Below, piece after piece: positions 27,092-37,149 of a DNA stretch of 64,000 nt. Source of the DNA: Acutalibacteraceae bacterium (lineage in GTDB: Bacteria; Bacillota; Clostridia; Oscillospirales; Acutalibacteraceae). Below the pieces are notes generated by a model. That model was not told where the DNA came from. It searched no databases and saw only the letters and a list, made by a program, of their open reading frames with translations. The stretch spans positions 16,294 to 80,293 of the forward strand of contig JAZSEX010000033.1 of NCBI GenBank assembly GCA_045531935.1. Reading direction: 5' to 3'. Within the stretch, counting starts at the first letter, position 1. Each line of letters begins with the position of its first letter. A program made the position numbers and the translations under genes.

Positions 27092-28993
27092 TTGAAAAAG
27101 ATATTCTCTTCAGAAAAAATGCAAGACGAAAAGTCTGCTTTCTTCATAATTGCAGTAAGAAGGGCAGGTGTAGCTCTGCTTGATGCAATTTTTATAAACC
27201 TCACCTTTATAGCTACGTCCATAATAGAATTTTATCCGGCGCCTCTCGGTTACGATATAATTCAGGCACTGATAGGACGATCGTTATACACAACTGTAAT
27301 TTTTATAGCTGTATACGCCTTCTTCAGATTGTACAACAGCCTTTGGGAGTACGCAGGTCTGCACGAAATGATACGCTGTGCAGGTGCAGGCATTGTAGCA
27401 ACACTGCTTTGCATTGCCGCTGACTTTATCTGCGACAGCTTTGACCTTCTGGATGCAAAGACATTCAGCCTGAGCGTATATTTTATGTCAATGCTTGTAA
27501 TCATTGCATCTACAGGCTGCATACGCCTTGCATACCGTATGATAAGACGCACAAGAAAAGCCCGCTCTGCAGGCTCACGCAGAGGTGCAGGCCGCAGAGT
27601 TATGATAATTGGTGCAGGCGATATGGGTCAGACTATACTCAAGGAGCTTGAAGCGGCTGCATTTTCACTCGGCAAGCCCGTTGTTTTTGTCGACGACAAC
27701 CCGATGAAATTCAACCGAAGCATTGAGGGTGTGCCCATTAAGGGCGGCTGTGAAAAAATCCCGGAGCTTGCGGAAAAATTCAACGTTGACGAAATTATTT
27801 ACGCTATACCGTCTGCTTCACCGGAGAGAAAAAGTGAAATTCTTAAATTTGCAATAGGTACGGGTTGCTCACTCAAGACCTCGCTCTCACTTCAGGAAAT
27901 TACGGAAAAGAGCGTATCTGAGCCCACGATAAGAAACGTTGAGATTACCGACCTGCTTGCTCGCCCCGAAGTAACTCTTAACACAGATATATGCTCTTAC
28001 CTTAAAAATCAGACCGTACTTGTAACAGGCGGTGGCGGCTCAATAGGCTCTGAAATATGCACCCAGGTTGCACGCTACGCACCAGAAAAAATCGTTATCT
28101 TTGACAACTACGAAAACAACGCTTTCGTTCTCAAGAATAAACTTGACCGCAAATATCAGGGCAAGGTACAGTTCTTCATCCGCATAGGTTCCGTACAGGA
28201 TCCGTCAAGACTTGATGAGGTAATGACTGAGTTCAATCCGTCGGTAGTTTTCCACGCTGCCGCTCACAAGCACGTGCCACTGATGGAAGACAGCCCCTGT
28301 GAAGCAGTAAAGAACAACATATTCGGTACATACAACACCGCAAAAGCGGCGATTGAACATAATGTAAGCAAGTTTGTAATTCTCTCCACCGACAAAGCTG
28401 TCAACCCGACAAACGTTATGGGTGCGACAAAGCGTGTTACGGAGCTTATCATCCAGTATTTTGAGCGTCAGAACACGGGCACTCACTTTGCCGCCGTACG
28501 ATTCGGAAACGTTCTCGGCTCAAACGGCAGTGTAATTCCGATATTCAAAGAGCAGATTGCACTCGGCGGACCTGTAACCGTAACACACAAGGATATAACA
28601 CGTTACTTTATGACCATACCCGAAGCAGCTCAGCTTGTTGTACAGGCAGGCGGTATGGCAAAGGGCGGCGAAATATTCGTACTCGATATGGGTGACCCCG
28701 TAAGTATAACTTCACTTGCCGAAAAGCTTATTACTCTTTCGGGATATAAGCCCTATGAAGAAATAAAAATCGAGTTTACGGGACTGCGTCCCGGCGAAAA
28801 GCTTTATGAGGAGCTGACACTCGCAGAAGAAGAGACCGAAATGCAGCTTACTGCAAACGACAAAATTTTTGTGCTGCCTCCCGTAGATTTCAGCAGTGAA
28901 AAGCTTGAAGAAGGTCTTGAGAAGCTGAAAGCAGCTGACAAGACAAACGTGCGCGAGCTGATTCTTGAACTTGTGCCGAATTTCAGAAACTGA
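27092..28993 (+). CDS. membrane-bound polysaccharide biosynthesis protein CapD/PglF/WbpM type (NDP-sugar 4,6-dehydratase)
   Basis: N-terminal TM helices, two Rossmann motifs (IIGAGDMGQ, VTGGGGSIGSE) and STDKAVNPTNVMGATKR. The start is TTG 27092; ATG 27119 is an alternative. Confidence 0.85.
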   Translation: MKKIFSSEKMQDEKSAFFIIAVRRAGVALLDAIFINLTFIATSIIEFYPAPLGYDIIQALIGRSLYTTVIFIAVYAFFRLYNSLWEYAGLHEMIRCAGAGIVATLLCIAADFICDSFDLLDAKTFSLSVYFMSMLVIIASTGCIRLAYRMIRRTRKARSAGSRRGAGRRVMIIGAGDMGQTILKELEAAAFSLGKPVVFVDDNPMKFNRSIEGVPIKGGCEKIPELAEKFNVDEIIYAIPSASPERKSEILKFAIGTGCSLKTSLSLQEITEKSVSEPTIRNVEITDLLARPEVTLNTDICSYLKNQTVLVTGGGGSIGSEICTQVARYAPEKIVIFDNYENNAFVLKNKLDRKYQGKVQFFIRIGSVQDPSRLDEVMTEFNPSVVFHAAAHKHVPLMEDSPCEAVKNNIFGTYNTAKAAIEHNVSKFVILSTDKAVNPTNVMGATKRVTELIIQYFERQNTGTHFAAVRFGNVLGSNGSVIPIFKEQIALGGPVTVTHKDITRYFMTIPEAAQLVVQAGGMAKGGEIFVLDMGDPVSITSLAEKLITLSGYKPYEEIKIEFTGLRPGEKLYEELTLAEEETEMQLTANDKIFVLPPVDFSSEKLEEGLEKLKAADKTNVRELILELVPNFRN

Positions 28994-29009
28994 AAGCGAG
29001 CTTGCCGAT

Positions 29010-29822
29010 ATGCCCGAAAATAAAAAAGTAAGTCTGCTTGTGGGTATATACAACTGTGCCGATACATTGTCACAATGCATCGAATCCGTACTTGCACAGA
29101 CATACACAAATTTTGAATTGATTTTATGTGACGACTGTTCACGCGACAGCACATATGAAATTGCAAAAAGCTATGCTGAGCAGGACAACAGAATTGTTCT
29201 CCTGCAAAATAGCCATAACATAAAGCTTGGCCGTACTCTCAACCGATGTCTTGAAGCAGCAACAGGTGAATACTGTGCAAGGCTTGACGGTGACGATTAC
29301 TGTGCACCGGACAGGCTTGAAAAGCAGGTAGCTTTTCTTGATTCTCACCCGGAGTATGATTGCGTTGGCACATATATGCGCATAGTAGACGGCAGTGACA
29401 GTGTTAAAACACGCAAAGTGCCCGAATTCCCCGATATCAGTTTTCTGGCACAGAGTAATCCCTGCTGTCACGCAACAATGATGATGCGCACTGAGGTTTT
29501 ACGTTCAATCAAAGGATATGACGTGCGACCCGAAACAGAAAGAATTGAAGACGTAGATATGTTCTGGCGCTTCTATCTTGCAGGACACAAGGCAGCAAAC
29601 ATTTTAGAGCCGCTTTATTTTGTGAGAGAAGATCCAAACACATATAAACGCCGCAAGGCAAAATTCGATATAAGCTGTGCAAAATACAGGTACAACTCCT
29701 GCAAAAAAGCCGGCCTGGGATTCAGATACAGGATTCTTGCAGGCAGACAGCTCATTGTAGCAGTTGCACCGCACTCAGTTATCAGACTTTACCACAGCAT
29801 TAAAGATCAAAGAAAGGATTAA
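29010..29822 (+). CDS. glycosyltransferase family 2
   Basis: VSLLVGIYNCADTL ... ILCDDCSRD ... ARLDGDDY (DxD) motifs. The ATG at 29010 is preferred over the track start 28965, which overlaps capD. Confidence 0.8.
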   Translation: MPENKKVSLLVGIYNCADTLSQCIESVLAQTYTNFELILCDDCSRDSTYEIAKSYAEQDNRIVLLQNSHNIKLGRTLNRCLEAATGEYCARLDGDDYCAPDRLEKQVAFLDSHPEYDCVGTYMRIVDGSDSVKTRKVPEFPDISFLAQSNPCCHATMMMRTEVLRSIKGYDVRPETERIEDVDMFWRFYLAGHKAANILEPLYFVREDPNTYKRRKAKFDISCAKYRYNSCKKAGLGFRYRILAGRQLIVAVAPHSVIRLYHSIKDQRKD

Positions 29823-29828
29823 GCCTAA

Positions 29829-30968
29829 ATGCCGACAGATTTAGTTGTTGTTTTTTGCATAAGTATGATTGGTGCATTTTTCGGACAGGCAGTTCCCAGC
29901 AGAAGAAAGAATGCGCTTGGTAAGCTTAAACCGAATATCTTTGCTTTTATTATACCTACTTTGGTTATGATTCTTTATGCAGGTCTGCGTAATAATATAG
30001 GCGACACCATTTACTACGTTCACACATACCACCTTCTCGAAGATGGGGATGCAGTAAAGCCGGTATTCGGGCAGAGTGCATACCTTTTTGAAATGTTTCA
30101 GTATCTGCTGATTAAAGACGGTGTTGAATACTCAGCTCTGATTATGATAAGCTCGGTTATTACCATATTTTCTTTCATGCTGTTGTTCTACAATTTTTCG
30201 GTACATTATGCATTCTCTGTCTTCCTCTTCTTTACAATGGGTATCTATGTTTCTACAATGAACGGTATCCGCCAGTATATTGCTACCGCTATCATTCTTC
30301 TTGGTGCAAAATATATTTTTTCGGCCAAAAAATCTGATTTCTGGAAATTATTACCTCTTATTCTTCTTGCCTCTCTTTTTCACAGCTCTGCTGTTATTCT
30401 TATTCCGATTTATTTTCTTTGCCGCAGAAAAGCATGGTCGGCTCCGACCTTTATTTCTGTTTTCATTGGCGTTGTCGGTTTAATTTTTATCAGTATGTTC
30501 CTTCCGTCCTTTTTGTCAATTCTCAAAGATACCTCCTATTCAAACTATGCAGACGGATGGTTTACAAGCGGTAACGAAACAGGCACCGGTCTTATGCGCG
30601 TTGTTTTCAACTGTTTACCTACAATGCTTGCTGCTGTATTTTCAAAGCAAATACGTCAATTCGGTCCTTTTGCCGACATTCTTATAAACATTTCTCTTGT
30701 TCACTCGGCAATTTATATCCTTGCTTCCTATAACTGGATTTTTGCCCGTTTCGCTTTTTATACCTATGCATTTGTTGTTCTGCTTATGGCTATGATATTC
30801 GTATCAATTATGCGGGATAAAAAATACAGATTCCTGGCTTTTATCCTGTTCATAGTATATTTTGCATTCTTTGTCATAGATGCACGTGCACAGCGAATGA
30901 ACTGGTATTCCAGCGATTTCTTTACGCCAAAAAATAACATGTGGTTCTCGTTCCTGTATCTTGATTAG
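29829..30968 (+). CDS. EpsG-family polytopic membrane protein (putative polysaccharide polymerase)
   Basis: About 10 TM segments, LRNNIGDTIYY near the N-terminus and MNGIRQYIATAII mid-protein, as in EpsG-type proteins. Confidence 0.7.
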   Translation: MPTDLVVVFCISMIGAFFGQAVPSRRKNALGKLKPNIFAFIIPTLVMILYAGLRNNIGDTIYYVHTYHLLEDGDAVKPVFGQSAYLFEMFQYLLIKDGVEYSALIMISSVITIFSFMLLFYNFSVHYAFSVFLFFTMGIYVSTMNGIRQYIATAIILLGAKYIFSAKKSDFWKLLPLILLASLFHSSAVILIPIYFLCRRKAWSAPTFISVFIGVVGLIFISMFLPSFLSILKDTSYSNYADGWFTSGNETGTGLMRVVFNCLPTMLAAVFSKQIRQFGPFADILINISLVHSAIYILASYNWIFARFAFYTYAFVVLLMAMIFVSIMRDKKYRFLAFILFIVYFAFFVIDARAQRMNWYSSDFFTPKNNMWFSFLYLD

Positions 30969-30983
30969 TAGGGAGAATTGCAA

Positions 30984-31700
30984 ATGAACAAAACCATTCA
31001 TTATTTCTGGTTCGGCGGTGCCGAAAAAGGAAAAGTTATAGAAAAATGTATTGCTTCGTGGGGAAAATTTTTCCCTGACTTTGAAATCAAAGAATGGAAC
31101 GAAAGCAACTTTGATATAAGACAGAACAAATATATTTCACAGGCATACGATGCAAAAAAATTTGCTTTTGTTTCGGATTTTGCACGGTTTAAAATTCTGC
31201 ACGAACAAGGCGGTCTTTACTTTGACACAGACGTTGAAGTCATAAAGCCTTTTTATGAGATACTTGAACAAGATGCTTTTGTCGGATTCGAAACTGATAA
31301 GTTTGTAAATCCGGGACTTGTGCTGTGGGCAAAAGACCCGGGTAACGAAATTCTCGGTGAAATTCTTGAAACCTATGCAGGACTTGAATTTATTAATTCC
31401 GACGGCAGCTTCAACACAGTTACAATCTGCAAGTATTTTACCGACCTGCTTCAGAAGCACGGACTTAAAAACGATAACGGTACTGTACAGAAAGTCGACA
31501 GCTTTTACGTTTTTCCGCGTGAATATTTCTGCCCGTTTGATGACCTGACAGGTGTGATGAGCAAAACGGAAAACACCTGTGCAATACACTGGTATGCCAA
31601 AAGCTGGATGAGTAAAAAAGATATCATCCGCAACAAAATCACACGAATACTTCACCGCTACCTCGGCACTGATTTTTTCAGAAAGGGCAAAACAAAATGA
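30984..31700 (+). CDS. glycosyltransferase, GT32-like (DXD sugar-transferase motif family)
   Basis: IHYFWFGG ... SDFARFKILHEQGGLYFDTDVE. The ATG at 30984 lies 7 nt after GGGAGA; the track start is TTG 30978. Confidence 0.75.
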   Translation: MNKTIHYFWFGGAEKGKVIEKCIASWGKFFPDFEIKEWNESNFDIRQNKYISQAYDAKKFAFVSDFARFKILHEQGGLYFDTDVEVIKPFYEILEQDAFVGFETDKFVNPGLVLWAKDPGNEILGEILETYAGLEFINSDGSFNTVTICKYFTDLLQKHGLKNDNGTVQKVDSFYVFPREYFCPFDDLTGVMSKTENTCAIHWYAKSWMSKKDIIRNKITRILHRYLGTDFFRKGKTK

Positions 31701-32881
31701 AAAAACAACTTCTTATTGTCAGCGGCGGAATGGAGATAGGCGGTATTGAGCGCAGCCTTTTCGGGTTGCTCGGTGAGATTGATTATGACCGCTATGACGT
31801 TGATTTGTTGCTTTTCAGAGTCGGCGGAGAATTGTTGCCGCTTATTGACAGACGTTGCAACATACTGCCCGAAATAAAGCAGTGTGCCGCAATGACTCTG
31901 CCGATAGCTTCCGCAATAAAAACGACACCGGTAATAGGATTAAAGCGTGCTGTCAACCGTATAATTTCAACAAAAAAATACGGCAGCTCTGATGCCGCAA
32001 CCTTTGCCCTGCTGTCATCCTACTGGAGAAGCTGTGTGAGCAGTATGCCGGCACAAAAGAAAAAATACGACGTTGCGATAAGCTTTATGTGGCCGCACGA
32101 TTACGCCGCAAAAAACGTAATTGCCGACAAAAAAATTGCCTGGATTCATACTGACTACACAGTTGCAAAAATGGACTTTGACAAAGACGAAAAAGTATGG
32201 CGTAGTTTTGACAAAATTGCAGGTGTTTCGGACGAAGTCTGTGAGGCCTTCAAGAAGGTTTATCCCTCCCTTAGTGACAGAATTGTTACAATCGAAAACA
32301 TATTATCTGCAGAGTTTGTAAAATCACAGGCTGAAAAAGAAAGACCGGAAGGTATTGACCCTGATGTACCTGCAATTCTCTCTGTCGGAAGATTCACAGC
32401 CGCAAAAGCCTTTGACCTTGCTGCGGAAAGCTGCAGGATAATGAAAGAAAAAGGCTATAAATTCAAGTGGTATCTTATAGGCTTCGGCCCTGACGAAGAG
32501 CTTATCCGCTCAAAGATAAAAGAAAACCGTGTTGAAGACACAATGATAATACTCGGTAAAAAAAACAACCCGTACCCGTATATGGCAGCGTGCGACGTTT
32601 ATGTACAGCCGTCACGCTATGAGGGCAAGGCGGTTACCGTCAGAGAAGCCCAGATGCTCGGTAAGCCCGTTATTATAACCGATTTTGAGACCGCAAAAGG
32701 TCACGTCGAAGACGGTGCTGACGGTGTTATCTGCCCGATGGGCACCGAGAATGTTGCAGATGCACTCATAGCTTTGCTCGGTGACAAAGGAAAGCAGGAA
32801 GCTCTGAGCAAAACCTGCCTCTCACGTGACTACAGCAATGCACAAAGCGTTAACGTGCTTTACGACTTTATCGAAAACTAA
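31697..32881 (+). CDS. glycosyltransferase family 4 (GT-B), paralog 2
   Basis: GGIERSL ... NPYPYM ... QPSRYEGKAVTVREAQ. ATGA overlap with the upstream gene. Confidence 0.85.
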   Translation: MKKQLLIVSGGMEIGGIERSLFGLLGEIDYDRYDVDLLLFRVGGELLPLIDRRCNILPEIKQCAAMTLPIASAIKTTPVIGLKRAVNRIISTKKYGSSDAATFALLSSYWRSCVSSMPAQKKKYDVAISFMWPHDYAAKNVIADKKIAWIHTDYTVAKMDFDKDEKVWRSFDKIAGVSDEVCEAFKKVYPSLSDRIVTIENILSAEFVKSQAEKERPEGIDPDVPAILSVGRFTAAKAFDLAAESCRIMKEKGYKFKWYLIGFGPDEELIRSKIKENRVEDTMIILGKKNNPYPYMAACDVYVQPSRYEGKAVTVREAQMLGKPVIITDFETAKGHVEDGADGVICPMGTENVADALIALLGDKGKQEALSKTCLSRDYSNAQSVNVLYDFIEN

Positions 32882-32891
32882 GGAGCGTTCA

Positions 32892-33905
32892 ATGTACAGC
32901 TTATCCGTAATTCTGCCCGTATATAATGCCGCAAAACATCTGACAGGAATGTTGGACAGCCTTGCTGTGCAAACGGTAAAAAGCGAAATGCAGATAATAA
33001 TTGTTGACGACGGCTCAACAGACGGCAGTGCTCAGCTCTGCGACGAATTTGCATCAGGGCATACGGATACGGTTGTAATCCACCGAAAAAACGGCGGTGT
33101 AAGTGCGGCAAGAAACGCAGGAATCAAGGAAGCCGCCGGTGAATACATCGGCTTTGCCGATGCCGACGACACACTTGCACCCGACTATTTTGAAAAGCTG
33201 CTCACTGTCGCAAAGACAAACGGTTGTGATATGGCAATGAGCGGATTCACGCTCGTATACGAAGGCGACCACAGACCTGTTTTACCGTTTGAAGACGGAG
33301 AAGTTTTTGAAGGCAAAGATATTACCGATAAAATCGCACGCAAGATGCTCTCTGACGGAAGCATCAACGGTGTATGGTCAAAAATTTTCCGCCGCTCGGT
33401 TATTGAAGAAAACTCAATCGAGTTTCCGCAGGACATTAAAATCGGTGAGGACAAGCGGTTTGTTCTTGAATTCCTTACTCACTGCTCACGTGCAGTATAT
33501 GCAGGAAACTGCGGATATTTCTATATAAACGTTGCAACAAGTGCTGTGCATTCCGACAAAAAAATGCAGGAGCTTCTGAAAACGGATGATGACGAAGTGC
33601 GCATATTCACCTCGCTCGGTCTTGACGAAAAAACGGTACGCACGGAAAAATCCGCATTTCTGTTTTCTGAGCTTGCCGATTTCTTTCAGCGTTGCTACAC
33701 ACATAACAGAAACAATGCAAAAGAAGCAATTCAGAGGCACTTTGCTGATGAAGAGCTGATGAAAAAAATTGACTGTGCAACAGAATATATCAAGCAAAAT
33801 AGCGGTACGGTCTACACCCTGCTTGCAACTGCATTTGCAAAACGCAGTGTGCCTATGACACTTGCCGTGCTCTGGTTACAAAAAAAGATACAGAAAGGAA
33901 GCTGA
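32892..33905 (+). CDS. glycosyltransferase family 2
   Basis: The ATG at 32892 has AGGAG upstream. Motifs: LSVILPVYNAAKHL, IIVDDGSTDGS, FADADD. Confidence 0.85.
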   Translation: MYSLSVILPVYNAAKHLTGMLDSLAVQTVKSEMQIIIVDDGSTDGSAQLCDEFASGHTDTVVIHRKNGGVSAARNAGIKEAAGEYIGFADADDTLAPDYFEKLLTVAKTNGCDMAMSGFTLVYEGDHRPVLPFEDGEVFEGKDITDKIARKMLSDGSINGVWSKIFRRSVIEENSIEFPQDIKIGEDKRFVLEFLTHCSRAVYAGNCGYFYINVATSAVHSDKKMQELLKTDDDEVRIFTSLGLDEKTVRTEKSAFLFSELADFFQRCYTHNRNNAKEAIQRHFADEELMKKIDCATEYIKQNSGTVYTLLATAFAKRSVPMTLAVLWLQKKIQKGS

Positions 33906-33908
33906 CCG

Positions 33909-35060
33909 ATGAGATTTCTGCTATACGACCACTCGGGTTGTTTAAACAGAGGCTGTGAAGCAATCGTACGCACTACGGTCGGTATTCTCAGAAAAGCCTT
34001 TCCTGACTGTGAATGCTCTCTTCTCTCATATCATCCCGAAGAAGATATGATACTCTCCGACATACCCGGGCTTACAGTACGAGGTATGAAGGCACAGCGT
34101 CTGGGACATATACAGACATACATTAACGCTTTTTATTACAAAATCCTTCACCGCTCGGATTACTACTACCGTGCTTCATACGCTGAAGCAATTAAATTTG
34201 CAAGCGAGTACGACATCTGCCTGATTATCGGAGGCGACACGTTCTGCTACGGCGACAACGAGCTGTGCCGCAGTATTACGGCAGAATTCAAAAAGCTCGG
34301 CAAGCGTGTAATACTCTGGGGCAGTTCGGTAGGTGAAGAAGACCTGAGCGAAGAAAAGCTTGCAACGCTTCGCAGTATCGATGCTGTATTTGCACGCGAA
34401 CCGCTGACAAAACAAGTGCTTGAAGAAGCAGGACTTACAAACGTAAGGTTGTTTGCCGACCCTGCGTTTACTCTTGAAACAAAGAAGCCCGAAAATAAAC
34501 CCTCAGGCAAATTGTTGGGACTTAATTTCAGCCCGCTTGTTTCAGAATACTGCCATGAACTTGTAGACTATGCTATAAAATTTCTTGAAAGACTTGAAAA
34601 AGAAACCGACTACACACCCGTGCTGATTCCTCACGTTATGATAGACGCAGGCGGCAACAATGACTATACCTATATGAAAGGGATTATGGAGAGTGCCAAC
34701 CTTACACGCACAGTAATCCTGCCCGATAATCTCTCTGCCGCAGAATATAAGGGCTATATATCAGAATGCGAAATGCTGATTGCCGCACGCACACACACAA
34801 CAATCGCCGCATACTCAAACCTCGTGCCCGTTTACGCACTCAGCTACAGCATTAAAGCAAAGGGAATTGCAAAAGACCTTTTCGGCAAAGAGCTTTGCGT
34901 AAAGAGCATAACGGAAATTGACTCTGCCGATATTCTTTTCGAGTGCTTCAGGGAGCTTGAAGCAAACTGCGAAGAGATGCGAAACACACTGACAAAAATA
35001 ATTCCTGCAAAAAAAGAGCTCAGCTTTGCCGCAGGTGAGGCACTTAAAGAATACGTTTAA
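33909..35060 (+). CDS. polysaccharide pyruvyl transferase family protein
   Basis: LIIGGDTFCYGD ... AREPLT ... IAARTHTTIAAYS pattern typical of CsaB/WcaK-type pyruvyl transferases. Confidence 0.7.
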   Translation: MRFLLYDHSGCLNRGCEAIVRTTVGILRKAFPDCECSLLSYHPEEDMILSDIPGLTVRGMKAQRLGHIQTYINAFYYKILHRSDYYYRASYAEAIKFASEYDICLIIGGDTFCYGDNELCRSITAEFKKLGKRVILWGSSVGEEDLSEEKLATLRSIDAVFAREPLTKQVLEEAGLTNVRLFADPAFTLETKKPENKPSGKLLGLNFSPLVSEYCHELVDYAIKFLERLEKETDYTPVLIPHVMIDAGGNNDYTYMKGIMESANLTRTVILPDNLSAAEYKGYISECEMLIAARTHTTIAAYSNLVPVYALSYSIKAKGIAKDLFGKELCVKSITEIDSADILFECFRELEANCEEMRNTLTKIIPAKKELSFAAGEALKEYV

Positions 35061-35074
35061 AGTAGGGCGACAAA

Positions 35075-36256
35075 ATGAAAAAACAGTTGCTGTTTATAAT
35101 ACCAAAGCTATGTATCGGCGGTGCTGAAAAGAGCCTTATATCACTGCTTCAGTTGCTTGATTACTCTGCTTATGATGTCGATCTTTTACTTTTCCGCAAG
35201 GAAGGCACATTCATTGCAGACGTACCGAAACAGGTCAGCATCATAGATGCAGGCGAAGAATATCTGCATTTTGACGGAAGTGCATCGCAGTATATAAAAG
35301 GATGTCTGAAAAAACTCAGTATTTCCCGTATACTCAACCGAATAGTCTACTCAAAAGCGGTAAGCTCAGGTGACTATGCCAAAGGCTGGCAATGCCTGAA
35401 AAAAATTATGCTCGCACCCCAAAAACATTACGATGCGGCAATAGCATATCTGGAAAACACATCCACATACTTCTGTGCAGACTGTGTCAGTGCCGATAAA
35501 AAAATTGCATACGTGCACTGCGACTACCGCAAGCTTGTAAACAGACCGGATTTTGACAGAAAATATTATAGAAAATTTGACAGTATTGTAACAATATCAG
35601 ACGAGTGTCTTAATTCGCTTGCCGAAACTTTTCCCGAGTACCGTGAAAAGCTTACGGTAATTGAAAACATTACTTCAGCAAAAACAGTTAATACTTTTGC
35701 TGAAAAGCCGATTGACGATTTTGAGTCTGACGGTGCACCAAAGATACTCACGGTCGGCAGACTCGCACCGCCGAAAGGTCACGATATGGCGGTTGACGCC
35801 GCAAAAATTCTCAGTGATAAGGGTTACAGTTTCAAATGGTTTGCACTCGGCTCAGGTGACCTTGAAGAGAAAATAAGAGAGCAGATTAAAAGCCTTGGGC
35901 TCGAAGAAAAATATATACTGCTTGGAGAAAGAGCAAACCCGTATCCGTATCTTAAGGCTTGCGATATCTATGCACAGACTTCATACTCCGAGGGTAAGTC
36001 GATTGCGATTGATGAGGCGAAGATTTTTGCAAAGCCGATTGTTTGCACGAGCTTCCCCACGGTTTATGACCAGCTGGCAGACGGGGAAACAGCTCTGCTT
36101 ACCGAAATAAATGCAGATAGCATCGCAGAAAAAATCGAGATGCTTCTGAATGATGAATCTCTTTGCCAAAACTTAAGTGAAAACCTGAAAAAAGAAAAGA
36201 CAGGCAACGAAAAAGAAATCGACAAATTTTATCAGCTTCTGGAGGATAAAATATGA
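35075..36256 (+). CDS. glycosyltransferase family 4 (GT-B), paralog 3
   Basis: IGGAEKSLISLL ... NPYPYL ... SYSEGKSIAIDEAK ... DQLADGETA. It is the closest paralog of 25300-26499. Confidence 0.85.
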   Translation: MKKQLLFIIPKLCIGGAEKSLISLLQLLDYSAYDVDLLLFRKEGTFIADVPKQVSIIDAGEEYLHFDGSASQYIKGCLKKLSISRILNRIVYSKAVSSGDYAKGWQCLKKIMLAPQKHYDAAIAYLENTSTYFCADCVSADKKIAYVHCDYRKLVNRPDFDRKYYRKFDSIVTISDECLNSLAETFPEYREKLTVIENITSAKTVNTFAEKPIDDFESDGAPKILTVGRLAPPKGHDMAVDAAKILSDKGYSFKWFALGSGDLEEKIREQIKSLGLEEKYILLGERANPYPYLKACDIYAQTSYSEGKSIAIDEAKIFAKPIVCTSFPTVYDQLADGETALLTEINADSIAEKIEMLLNDESLCQNLSENLKKEKTGNEKEIDKFYQLLEDKI

Positions 36257-37149
36257 TTTACAAACAGTGGATGAAATACATTAAAGACGACGTTAAGCTT
36301 ACCGAGGTTATTATGCCCGGCACACATAACGCAGGCAGCTACGGCATGTTACCTGTCGGATGCTGTCAGGACGGTACTTTTTATTCACAGTTTGCACACG
36401 GCGTACGCCACTTCTGCATACGCTACTGCGGTGACAAAAAGAAGGGCGTTGTGCTCAGCCACGGCCCCATCAAGGGTGCCACCCTCGCAGAAGGTCTGAC
36501 GAGCATAAGAAGAATGATTGAAGATAACGACAGCGAGTTTTTTATCCTTGATATACGTGAATACTACAACCAGAAGATAGGCCCAATCAGCTTGACTTAC
36601 CCTACGGACGATGCTGAGGTAACTAAGCTTATCGAAGAATATCTTGCACCCGAAAAATATGCTTACACCGACTTTGAGCACGTGAGCGATATCACCTTCG
36701 GTGACATACGCAGATCAGGTAAGCGTTACCTTATTATAAACTACCGTAACGCATATCAGCCGTGGTGCAAGGAAGTTGAGCACATACTTCCGTGGAATCC
36801 CGTACTTCACGGCAAAAAGCCCGAAGTGTTTGCTGCAGAGGTTCTTATGCAATTCAACAACGAGCAGACTAACGGCATTTACTGGTTCCAGACTCAGCTG
36901 ACACCCGTATTCGGCTTGAAAATGAAGACTCCGCGTGCACTCGAAAAAAGTCTGCGTCCCTATTATCAGCAGATAATTGACCGCATTGCCGCAAACAAGT
37001 TTTATCTTGAGAGTGCAAACGTAATCTCGGGTGACTTTATGACAGAAGACTATTCAAAGTGCCGTGAAATAATAAAGCTTAACCTGCTTAAAGGCACCGT
37101 AAAGGAAGAATTAAGAGAAGAATTTGAAAAGGAACTGAATGAAAAATGA
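36253..37149 (+). CDS. PI-PLC X-domain-like (PLC-like phosphodiesterase) protein
   Basis: MPGTHNAGS near the N-terminus and RHFCIRY/DIRE strands resemble the bacterial PI-PLC X-box. ATGA coupling on both sides. Confidence 0.55.
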   Translation: MIYKQWMKYIKDDVKLTEVIMPGTHNAGSYGMLPVGCCQDGTFYSQFAHGVRHFCIRYCGDKKKGVVLSHGPIKGATLAEGLTSIRRMIEDNDSEFFILDIREYYNQKIGPISLTYPTDDAEVTKLIEEYLAPEKYAYTDFEHVSDITFGDIRRSGKRYLIINYRNAYQPWCKEVEHILPWNPVLHGKKPEVFAAEVLMQFNNEQTNGIYWFQTQLTPVFGLKMKTPRALEKSLRPYYQQIIDRIAANKFYLESANVISGDFMTEDYSKCREIIKLNLLKGTVKEELREEFEKELNEK

